Position numbers and translations under genes: made by a program
In this document: positions 1-12,400 of the stretch, in pieces
Position numbering within the stretch: the first letter of the stretch is position 1
Layout of the letters: the number at the start of each line of letters is the position of its first letter
Notes under the pieces: model-generated
Databases searched by the model: none
The model's input: only the letters and a program-made list of their open reading frames with translations
What the model was told of the DNA's origin: nothing
Assembly: GCA_964106915.2 (NCBI GenBank)
Contig: OZ066917.1
Origin: Podarcis gaigeae
Lineage: Eukaryota
DNA length: 64,000 nt
Reading direction: 5' to 3' (one strand)

Positions 1-239
1 CCTAATCATGTAAAATCCAAGGTACATGAGTATGAACTGTACAACTGATAACCCACACGATCTGAGACTTAAATGTTTTAGATTTTACATGTGGAAAAAT
101 GCACCCACGCATAGACATCCAGTGCAATTTGCTCCCCAACCTTATATTTTACTTCACTGCAAAGAGGGAATGTATACACAGATGTAATAAAGTTGCATCT
201 TTGTATACACAGATGCAGTAAAGTTACGGTGAGACTAAC

Positions 240-447
240 CTGAATCATCACATTGACTTCATAAACACCAGAGTTCTCAAGCCAGAGAGAACAGAGTCGA
301 AAGATCCACATGTCATGCTCTTCCCCACTCAGTAAACAGTTAATGTAGTTCTCAACAGCTTTGCATAAGAAACGTTTGCGATCCTCTCTCAGTGCGCGAA
401 TTGCACCTTCATCAAGTTGTAGTTCCCGCTGAACTCTGACTGTGTAT
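240..447 (-). CDS. ATM: ATM exon 50 (208 nt)
   Basis: [13 protein letters not shown]...[14 protein letters not shown]; AG/GT boundaries. Confidence 0.95.
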
Positions 448-3400
448 CTTAACAACAGAAATTTAGAAATAAGACTACAAATCTAAAATTCATTTACTTA
501 TATGCTGACAGACATTGACTTTATAAAAAAGAGAGAGCCTGGGTAGTCCTCATTCTCAGTACTTGACCCAATGATTACTTCTATTGGTTTACACAATAAA
601 ATGACAGAAGCAGGAAAACTCCTAAGATAATGCTTCATTACTAAGAACATGCTCATTGTTCCCCAAGAATATACATGCCAAAATACAGCTAGATGAACCC
701 CAACCAGCTGACAGACCTGCCTTAACTTACTACGAATTGGTGGCATAACATACCTCAGTTAGAGAGGCCTACCTGTTTGTAGGAACTTTGTGCTGCTTTA
801 AGAGCCCAACTTCTTCCTTGGCCTTCCTCAACAAAGCTTGCTTGTTTTCAAACTCTGATGATTTCATGTAGTTCTCAATTCTTTGATACTGAGTGTCCGA
901 AAAACGAGCAAGGGACAGAAAAGCCTTCATCTTTCCACTTTTGAGTTCGATGCTACTATCATCGTTTTGGTTCCCAACAGCTGTTACTGCCTAGAACCAA
1001 ATGTTATAAAAACGATAAAACAACAGCCTGGCCATTAAACAACCACCATTTAATGAGTAAGCACGCAAATAAGATTTCAAAAATATGTGCAGAAGTTGTT
1101 TACCTTTTCCAAGTAATTCTGCATAATGACTGTCGGGTTTTCTAAGCATGTCTCTGCTAACCAGCTTCCACACAACCTCAGACATTCTGTGTAAATCAGT
1201 CGCAGGCTTGGGTCTTCTTTAACCTTAGAAGAATATAAACATGCAGGTCAGACATACTCACTTGTATATAAAGTGACCTCTCCCCAAGCACTCTTTTATT
1301 TTGAATTCCCCTTTCAGTTAAGGTTTTCTGCATATGTTCTGGCCCTTCACAAATACAAGTATGTCACATATGTTGCCCTTGTGTTTCTTCAAAACAAAAC
1401 AGGAATTTAAACAACGCTGCTACTGTCAAGCTGACATAGGACAAAATGTACCATGTCATCTTCATCCAGTTTCTTAATCATCTCCTTTAGGATACTCAGC
1501 GCTAAGCTTTCTTCCTTTTTAGCCCAGAACACTTGTGCTTCCTCCAGCTGCCACACACATACCCCATGTCCAGCCGGACTGAACTGTTTGATTTGAAACA
1601 CTGCTCTTTCTGGAAGCTGGAAAACAAAATGAAGCAAAAAAAAATTATCTTAAGTTTTGAGATATCATCCATTTCTTCATATTTCTAGAATCCAGTGAAA
1701 TCTGATACCAATTGTACCTTGTTACAAGTACATCCCATCCCTGATCTAACTGCATGTTCATGTACTTAAATCTTCCAAGAAGGATTCAGTATGCAAATCC
1801 TATTGCTGGAATGAAATGAAAATTCATTTCCTTTACACCCACGTTAAAATCTGCACCACTTATAAGCCACAAATAGTTTGTCCTACATTATATGGCTGCA
1901 ATTTAAGATATGGGATCAGAGTACAGGGGAATCTAGATCTAGTACTATCAATCAGATAATTGCATATGGAAGACTGAGCCCAAGATAACAGTATTTAGAG
2001 TTAAAGGATCTATTAATTTTATGGCTCATGTAGTGAATTTATGGCTGTGCTCAAATTCTTACACCAGAAACAGTGTACTGCAAATCACTGATCACAGATT
2101 AGTATATTTTGAACCTTCCCTTTTACGCCTCATAACCAGAGGGGCTATAGAATGATAAATGGAATGATTTCCACTCACTTTCACTCCTAAATATACTTTC
2201 AATCTGTACAGCACAATTAATGAATAACACACTAAGGCTGGAAGCTATTTAGGTGAATTAATCCAGAATAGGAACCTGTGGGCATGTGCAAGTGGTGTCC
2301 AGCTTTGAGTAAATAGAAATATATTCAGGCCTATAATTGTATGCTATATTATTTCACAGAAAGGACAACTTATTGATCCACTAGAAAGTTTTAAACTACC
2401 AAAAAAGGAAAGAGAATTTGCAACTGATGCAATAACAACAACAAAACTATGCACTTCTTTTGGGGAATTCAAGAAGGTGACTATATCATGCTGCTGCTCC
2501 ATAGCTCTTAATATTGTTAAGGTGCCTAATTGCCAATCAGGCATACTGCAGAAAATGAGAAAATGCACTTGCCAAAATACAATGGCTTGACTTTCACATT
2601 TAAATATTTTTTGTTTGTTTCCAGGCTAGCAAATGTGACTATAGGACACAGGTAGTGTGTCCTCGAAGCTACAAACATGAGTCTGACCAAACTGCGGGAG
2701 GCAGTGGAAGACAGGAGGGCCTGGCGTGCTCTGGTCCATGGGGTCATGAAGAGTCGGAAATGACTAAACGACTAAACAGCAACAGCGTGGTAACAAGACT
2801 AGAGAATTATAATTTCCTAATACATCTTGGAGAACCCCTGGAGTACCTCTTTAAAAATAATAACATCAATCTATACTTAATATAGCAAATCCGTAAGGGA
2901 GAACATCTAGACTAAATTTTAAGGATTTATTTACCTGTGTGTTTTTTGCCACTCGAGCCAATCTGGACAGCTCCACCAGGTGTTTTGTGAGGATGTCTTT
3001 GATGCATTCCCTTTTGGCATTCTCAGTTTCCTTCTCCAGAAGGATCTTCAGGATTACTGTGCGGAGAGCCATGATAGGTTCCTGAAAACTAAAGTCACTG
3101 TCTTGGAGAAGCTGGGACTGTTTCTGCCACTTCAGATATGTACAATTCAGCTGGCTGACAGTAAAAGATCTGAAAAAAAGAAAGCATATGGAAGTGTGTG
3201 AGGAATTCTGACTGAATTTTAATAAAGCTGCTTCACGTTGAGTCAGATCACTGAGTCTATTTAGTCCAGTATTGTCTACACTGGCTTGCAGTGGCTCTTT
3301 GGGATTGCACACTGGTGTTTCTCCCAGCCCTAACTGGAGATCCCAGGGATGTAAGCTGGGACTTTATGCATGCAAATTAGGTTTGCAGTGAAGAAATGCA

Positions 3401-6400
3401 GATTCTGATTACCCCATAGGAAAAAAATAATTTCCATGGGTGAAATGTGAAAATACATCCAGGGTCATAAGGAAGGAAAAAGTAAAGCATTGGTTGGAAA
3501 AGAAAAGTACCCAGAGAAAAGTTGTCCTATGCATTCCAACTCTCCAATGGTCTGCAATCTGCAGAGTGTAGGCAGCAATGAATATACAGACTCAAGGCTG
3601 CCTTTAGACAGCTCTTCTACTTCCTTGACTCTGCAAATATAAGAAAAAGATCACTGTAACTTCTGATACCTGCCAAAGCAATTTCAAATCCCACTACACA
3701 GTGAGCAGAAGTCAGAAAGGATATCTTGTCAAGCAGCACTTAATAGAAACAGACATTACATATAACTTCAACTGAAAATAAATCTGACTGTAACACATGC
3801 CTACAATTAAAAAATGTCTTGACTCCATCAAAAGATACGAGAATTTTCTGATCTACAAAATAAGGGGCATATCACACTACATGTAAAAAGGCAAGTAGCT
3901 CCTCTGCAGCATCCAACCTTCTTATCTGCTTAAGCCTTATCTCTAATCTTCAAAATGCACTTCTTTCAAAAGTTTCAAATTGCTATGTTATGCCTTACAT
4001 AAATTGCATTAAAATCCATGGAAGCTGCATACATTTTACACAAATGAAGCACTGATGTATACATCTCTTATAACATAAACTGCAATGTGTTAGGAAAGCT
4101 ACAGTTTATTGGCATTTTTTTTTGTTAATAACATACACAGACACCTGTATGCAAAGCTTGCTTCTTACCTGGCACACTTCAGTCTTTCATAAAAAGTAGA
4201 GAATTCATTGTCCCTTAAACACTGTAGAGCATCATACAATGATTCATGGTAGCCTTGTCCTCCAATTTCATCTCTTAAAAGAGAATTAACAAAATTTCTA
4301 TTTGAATGCAAACACTTTATTAAACTGTCCTTTATAACAGTAATCCTTTATCAGCTTATCAACTGCTACTAAGGCTCCCTCCGTAGCAGTTTTAGGTAAG
4401 GGACAAACATTTAAAAAGTGATAGTTTGCATTACTTGACGGAAGAGATTTGATCCCATTGCATGTTCCTCCAAGCTGCCTGATAACGAATCTCTTGCAAT
4501 TCCATAGAACATTCTTTGTTCTCTTGTTCCAGTCCTTTAAGGTAGATGGAGAGTGTGTCACACAGCCCGAAATTCTGCAAGGCCTGCCCATCAGTGAGAT
4601 AAAAAGTTAACATGAAAATGATCAGATTTCTGAAAATGCTTTCCAGGACTGGAAGTGAAGCATTTTTACTACACCCAAGTCCCACTTACTTCTAGTCCTA
4701 GTAGCACTTCAGGCTGCCATGTTCAAGGTCAAAGCATAATCTTAGATTATTATTTTTTTACAGAATTAAACTGTTACAGTCAAAATTATGGACATTGTCA
4801 TCTAACATCTGGGGGGACCATACTGACTACCCCTGTGAATGTGAGCATTTGGGGGGGGGAAGGGGGGGAGATATGCATTGCTTTAAAAATTACCTCTATT
4901 ATTCCTGCCTGCCGAGTTGATGGTGGAAGAGTCGTTTCAAGGTCATAGGTTACTAGGGCTTTCTCCCATCTTGCTTCATGCTCATATGTTCTTATCCTAT
5001 CACGGATAAGAGAATAATATTAAAACTGATAACACTTTGCCTACAGTTAAAATTGCTAATTTCCCCAATAAAATTATTACCTAGTTAAAGGCTGCAGCAT
5101 TCTTCCACCACCACAGCCATAGAGACTATCGGGTTCTCCTATGCTTTTGTATATTTCCATGAGAAGGTCCTAGGTACAAGTGAAAATAGTTACTTGACAT
5201 TCTTCCATCCTACAGAACAAAAAATATTGCAATCTTCTATGGAATATGTTACATCTGACCAATACTTGTCTTTGCCTCTGTTATAAACTTTTAGCACACT
5301 TTGATAGACCTCCCACATCCAAACAGAAAGCCCTGTGGGCTACGCTCAGAGAAATTAATATGTTTTCCTTTACACAAAATACATAGAGGCCAGGAGCTAG
5401 AGAACCATGGCTCATATCTATTGATAGCAACAACACACGACACATAGCAATTTACTTTTGAAATGGATGGGTACTGGAACATTGGTTCATTTACCATGAA
5501 TGGACCTTCTAGGCTGCCTTAGTGAGACATCCACGGATGGGCTGTGTCTCCCAATTCATCCTGGACCCACAACCACACACCAGTCTAAGAATCAAAAGCA
5601 GCTTGGGCCTGCTGCTCAAGTAACTAAAGCCCAAAATTTCACTGAGAGCACCTAAATACCCTTTTGGATCCTAGTTGTATTTTCTATCATACTGGATAAA
5701 TAAGGCCAAAAGCAAGCTGCATCATACATGAAGCTGAAAGTTAAAATACAGCCTCAGCTCCCATCCCAGAAAAAGCAATATCTGTGAAGCGAATGGGAAT
5801 GCAGCCCAACACCGCGCTTTCAAATAGAAGTCGACACAGTATTTTAAGTCAACAGTATAGTTTATGGAGGCTAGTGGGGCCACACAATTGTCAAGTCGCC
5901 TGGTAACCATAACTTACTTGTTAGCAGTCTTAGAAACATATCTATGAGTGAACTAGTTGAAACATTCTCAAAAACAAGAAAAAGTACTTTGTGCCAAAAA
6001 TGTACCATACCTGCAAACTTATTCCAGTTTCCTCTTTGCTCTTCTTGCTCAAGGAAGTTAGTGTTAAATTCTGACTTCCTTCTTCAAATATTAGCTGCTT
6101 AGCTGCTTTGAAAGTAGACCTGCAGAAAACAAGTTTAAAAATTGGTCTTCAAGTTGGATATGAATTCTTTTAAAACGACTAGATATACCAGTAAATCTAA
6201 GCCATGAGTAGCTCCTAGAGATACTCTGTTACTTAACTAAGCTGAGTCCATTTCCTTGGTCAGACCTGTTCAATCAACGCCTTAAATGGAAAATTGGATA
6301 ACTATAAGTAGGTGCTTTGGGAGGCAGCAAAGGTCTCCCCTTAACAAAACTGTGTTGTTTTCATTTTATTTAAACTACAAAACCCACAGAATTTCAACAA

Positions 6401-9400
6401 ACCAAGACATGGCACACTGCCTCTCGCCACTGAGATAGTCTCTAGATTAAGGCAGGGATGGACTTTACTGAAGCCAATGGGCCAAAACCATCTGGTTGGT
6501 GGAAGTTAATGACTTTTGTTTGAAAGCAGTATTGATTTTTAACATGAAGAACTCATGCTGAAACAAAATAAGCAGTTCAATTTATCCAAGAGGAGAACCC
6601 TTTGAATCAGACTTATACCACATGCACGTATATCAATGTATTTTAGTTTAACATAAATGAGAATAGGCTGTATTTAACACTAGTACCTTGCTTGCTGTTT
6701 GTCTGAATTTATCTTGTCTGCATAGATTTCTGTGTAGAGCAAAGCTGTGAAGTGAGCAGCACAAGACTGAGCTGCCATGGCAACCTGAAGGTAGTCGAGT
6801 TCCAGCCAAAAGCTGTCACTGAAGACTGTACTTGAAGGACTCCTGAACAAAATATTAAGCACAAGTGCATTCATCTCACTTTATAAAACGGCTTTAAACT
6901 GAAAGCAGCACATGTTCTATAAATCTATAACCTATTCCCCATTATTTTGTCAGGACTATAACAGTCGTTTTAAGAAATAACATAGAATTATTTGACATCT
7001 TTAGAAAGATTTTAGAAGTTGCTTCAACTTAATCGACAAACACAATTCTGGGCAAAATACAAAACCACTTTCAATGGCTGTTTTGTTATTGACAACTGAA
7101 ACAGGTCTTCTAAATATATAACAATATATAACAGGTCTTCTAAATGCAATTGACTGGAAGGGCCCAGGCCCTTTGGTAAAACTGCTGGGATTTGGTTTTT
7201 TTGCAGGTATACTTTGCAACAGGTCATTGACACAAAAATTATGCATTAGTGGTGGATTTATAATGGACCACCCACACAATATTCTGCTTTATTAGTTGCT
7301 CTAAAATGGTAACCTAACGTTACGGCATTATTGCCATTTGGAGGGGAAAGACAACACAGAACATTTGTGGGGTATGCTACAGGACATTTACTATTTGGAA
7401 ATGAAACAGTGCCACTGCCCCCAAATGTTTGAAGGCACAAACAGTATTGAAAGAGGCAACATGTGTAACCACCCCATATCATCATGAGCACAAATCATTG
7501 TGAGTGCAAAAATAACAAAGAAATCTGAGAGCCCTCCCCTCAATGTCCAAATAGACCGCTGTTGTAAAATTAAAAATACAATAACATAAAGGCTAACACA
7601 GCAACTTAATCCACCTCTTTTGCCGTCTTAAGAAGTCAACAACAGCGAGCATTGTCCGTCGAGATATTTTATCCAAACTTCCATGAACAAAGGTTTGTGA
7701 GTCTGCATTGAAGAAAAACTTTAGTCAGAAGGCTACTGATCTGATGTACAATAACAACTCTGAATTAGGGAAGTTAATAACAACGAAAACCAAAATAGAG
7801 GGATGTTATGCTTAAGTTTTCAATATTCTTTTGAATCACCCTGATAAGTAACTCCTCCGGTAAGTCATGAATACATATACAGTGGTGCCCCGCAAGACGA
7901 ACACCTCGCAAGACGGAAAACCCGCTAGACGAAAGGGTTTTCCGTTTTGGAGGTGCTTCGCAAAACGAATTTCCCTATGGGCTTGCTTCGCAAGACGAAA
8001 ATTGTCTTGCGAGTTCCTGCGGGTTTTTTTCCCCTCCCCCCCTTTTTCTAAGCAGCTAAGCCGCTTATCAGCTGATCCGCTAAAAGCCGCTAATAGCACT
8101 AATCCGCTAAGCTGTCAATGGGCTTGCTTCGCAAGACGAAAAAACCGCTATACGAAGAGACTCACGGAACGGATTAATTTCGTCTTGCGAGGCACCACTG
8201 TATTTTAAATGAGAAAATGGTGTGTGAAATACAGAAGTACCCCCACAGCTATTAAGAAAGTGGTTTATAGCAAAGCAGAAATCTGAACCATCTATTAAGC
8301 TATGCTGTCTCTGCTATTTAACAAAAAGAAATAGCTTTGACTCTTCTGTTATTTCTTAACAATGTTCTCCATTGGCTTAGCTGACAAACTAGCAATATTT
8401 CGCTCTTCCTCTTCTTAAAACTCTTTCCATTCTAGCTGATCATTACCAGAGCCCTATAACTAAGAACCAATGCTTGAGTTGGGTTTCCCCCCATCCTCTT
8501 TCTCAATCTCTTGCATGCCATATCTTTAAATTATTAGTCTTTATTTTTAAGGATGGGGGGAAATGCTTTAAATGGAGCAGCAATTTTGCCTCAAACCACT
8601 AGAAGGAGCTCAAATCCCACCTAAGCTCACCCTTACATGCATAATATCTTAGTTGAGGCATAGGAAAAGCTCTATGGCGTTACCTGGATCAGAATTTGCA
8701 GGTGTAGATGGCCTACTGGGAGATAGTGCATATTTGCAACAGGTGGTAAAAAACATCTGAATGTGTGTTGATAAAAGAGATTGCGCAGATTCATCTAAGT
8801 CATGAAGTAAAATGTCATGAATCAAATATGGAAGGACAGCCTGACAAAAAGCAGTTTGAACCTAGAACACAAAGAAAGAAATTGCTTGAACACATTATTA
8901 GTTTCAGTTTGCCTTTAGCAGTGACCTTTATTCTTATACTAAGTTATAACAAAGCATTCCATATATTGTTCATTCAAAAAGTTCACACACCTCTAAATGA
9001 CATGGTCAAAGATAAAAAAATGTAGTAAGATGAAACTTTAAAATAGGAAGGTGACAGGGCAATAGAATATAATCCTACCAACAAACTTATTTTACCTTGC
9101 ACAGTGGCTTCAGAAAAAGAAGGGGTTCACTTTTTATCCTTCCACTATCCAACAAGGCACAAGTCAAGGTCTTAATCCAAACATCGTGGCTTTCACCTTG
9201 AGGAATCCACAGGTTTGTATTATCCAGATCTTCGGAAAGAGTGTCTCTTGCTTGTTCGGGCACTTCCAAGAACTAAATATCATTTTGTGTTGTTTTTTAA
9301 GAAAAGAAACCAAGAGTCTGTTAAAATTCCTTAAGCAGCATTACATAGCCTTCTCTCCTGAACCACCACCTCCAGCCTCTATTAAGGCAGCTCACAATCC

Positions 9401-12400
9401 CTTTATCTCACTATGCAGAACTGCTGGGACAAAGAGAATTGTATTTTAAAAGCTCTGGAAAATCCAGGAGTCAGTCAAACTACTTCAGATATTTGGACAC
9501 GCCTCTGGAAATGTCTGGGAGCAGCTACTGATCCAAGATAGTCTTATCAATTAAGACAGGAGAGTTAGGGTTCTGCATCTAGTTTTATAATACAGTACAA
9601 AACACAATACCTTTTTCTTAGACACCCTGAAAGGATGGAGGTATACCAGCATGGGATCAGTCTCAGTTTTGTAAATATCCCAAAATCGATGTCCAGTTTC
9701 AGTGGCTAGAATGTTTTTCAAACATGCAACAGCAGCAGATCGAACGTCAATACTGAAAAAAATGTAACGCTTTAGAAATTGGATATTGTCATCTCAGATT
9801 TACTTAAAGGCAACATTTATACACCATGTTAAATTTTCTCCTGTATACTTACCATTGATCTATTAAAGTATTATTTATGAGAGTTAACATTATGAAGACC
9901 CATTGAAGTTCTCGGTCTTCAAACAGATCAACCGCACTTGAGGATGAAGCGCTTTTAGTGTGCTGCAACGCTGTGGTGGAAAAATTGATAGGGCCAATTT
10001 CTCCCAAACAACTTCCAACTGCATCTGCAAATGTAGACATTCATATGATGCTTTTCATATTTCACTGATGCTTTTCACATTTCACTGCTTTTCATATTTA
10101 TGTACAAAATATACATAATACAACTGGACCCTTCAATATGAAAATTAAGAATAAAGATAGTATTCTACTGTTTTAATATGTTGCGTTTTCTGTGTGATTT
10201 CCACTACAGGGACTCTAATTTGTATAGAATTCAAGGGCTAGGCCTAAGCATTGCAGTGATAGCAACAGTGTGTATAAACAGGGCAGGGAAAACTGTCTCC
10301 ATCACATATGTTCCCTGAATTCCTATTGCTTAATAGCAGCAATAGCTTACAAAACAAGAGAAAGGATGAAAAAAAGGGAGGGAGATCTCCCCCCAAATTT
10401 CTTTGCACTTAGAATTTCAATTGGTGCTGTTATACTGTTGAGGGGCTTACTGAGCTTGGAGAACTAGAACCAGTACTATTTTGAGAAAACATTTTGAAAA
10501 GCCAATACATTCCAGTTTTAGAAATACTCAAATGGCAAGGATTAGTTAGCAATTTAGGAAAGCAGATACTTTTTACAGGAGACAAAGGAAGTAATGCAAA
10601 GATGAAGTATTATTAACTAAATCTTGTTTTTTAAGCTTTAATAAAAGTAACTATTTAGTAAATAATACTTTTTTAAAAAGCTAACAGAGCAATATCAGGT
10701 TTTTTAAACAGGTTTCTAGGTGCTATCTTTCAACATTCAAATCAAAATTTCTCTGAAGTTATTAACTGGTATAAAAATATTAAATGTTGTATGACCATGC
10801 AACATAATCTAATTTTTACTAATTCTCTTCAAAAGAACTCTACTCATTTGAATAGCTAAATTTCTTACCCAAGGCTCTATTGGTAGAATTAACAGCTGTT
10901 TTTGAAAGTTGTAAGAAACACGCTATCAGCTTCACTATTATACAGTCCTTTGGGTTTTCTACAGTTGGGTGTAAAAAGTAATAAAAGCAGTATTAAGTGA
11001 ATGAATTATTTATTATGATCACAGACCAATAAAATTAAATATACAATTAAAATTATATGATTAAAAACAGACATTAAATATACAGATTACACATGTAAGA
11101 TTTACAAATTCTACTAATTTAAACATTTTTCATTTGAAGACTCAACCCCCCCCAAAAACAAACCCCAACTACCCCACAATATCCATATCAACCATGTGTG
11201 TAAAGTTGTAACCAAACAAATTTAAAAAATTCTTCTTAAATGCCAGTGCTTTGAAGTACACAGAACCTGTTAAAAGGCAAATGGAATTATATTTACAGAA
11301 ACTCACAGGACTTGCCAAACTGCATTTCAAACATCATATTAATTAGTCTTTAGTATGATATGCCAACGGGGACGTGGGTGGCGCTGTGGGTAAAAGCCTC
11401 AGCGCCTAGGGCTTGCCGATCGAAACGTCGGCGGTTCGAATCCCCGCAGCGGGGTGCGCTCCCGTTGTTCGGTCCCAGCGCCTGCCAACCTAGCAGTTCG
11501 AAAGCACCCCCGGGTGCAAGTAGATAAATAGGGACCGCTTACCGGCGGGAAGGTAAACGGCGTTTCCGTGTGCTGCGCTGGCTCGCCAGATGCAGCTTTG
11601 TCACGCTGGCCACGTGACCCGGAAGTGTCTGCGGACAGCACTGGCCCCCGGCCTCTTGAGTGAGATGGGCGCACCAACCCCAGAGTCTGTCAAGACTGGC
11701 CCGCACGGGCAGGGGTACCTTTAAAAAGGTAAAGGTACCCCTGCCCGTATGGGCCAGTCTTGACAGACTCTGGGGTTGTGCGCCCATCTCACTCAAGAGG
11801 CCAGGGGCCAGCGCTGTCCGGAGACACTTCCGGGTCACGTGGCCAGCGTGACATCGCTGCTCTGGCGAGCCAGAGCCGCACACGGAAACGCTGTTTACCT
11901 TCCCGCTGGTAAGCGGTCCCTATTTATCTACTTGCACCCGGAGGTGCTTTCGAACTGCTAGGTTGGCAGGCGCTGGGACCGAGCAGCGGGAGCGCACCCC
12001 GCCGCAGGGATTCGAACTGCCGACCTTTCGATCGGCAAGTCCTAGGTGCTGAGGCTTTAACCCACAGCGCCACCTGCGTCCCAAAAGGGGTACCTTTACC
12101 TTTACCTTTATGATATGCCAACACTGTCCCCAATGACACAAGGCAAATCATCAGTGAAAGAGGAAGAGAGTCTCTAGAAAGTAAGGAGATCAGCCAGAGC
12201 AGATTTATTTCTATCTTTGCTTTCTCCAGTGCTATTTTCTGAAGTGTGTCGTGAACAAACAAACAAAAAAAAAAAGGACAGCACTTTTAAAATTGTGGTA
12301 CCCACTGTGAAATGCATTCTCAATGTTATGTTTCGCCTAGTGCCTTCCTCAACATCCTCTAGATAAGAAACAGTTTCTCCCTAATCCTTCGACTGATATT

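Noticed and set aside
7100-7145. 16-bp direct repeat with a spacer
   Set aside because: Only two copies; ordinary local duplication, not an array
10044-10070. TGATG/CTGA resembling C/D snoRNA boxes
   Set aside because: Incomplete C box, antisense to the host transcript, explained by the tandem repeat
11368-11450. tRNA-like A/B boxes (also at 38563, 39390, 44201)
   Set aside because: SINE heads followed by SINE body and tail; not tRNA genes
11399-12141. Recurrent near-identical short ORFs (also 39140, 44231)
   Set aside because: Translations of Sauria SINE copies
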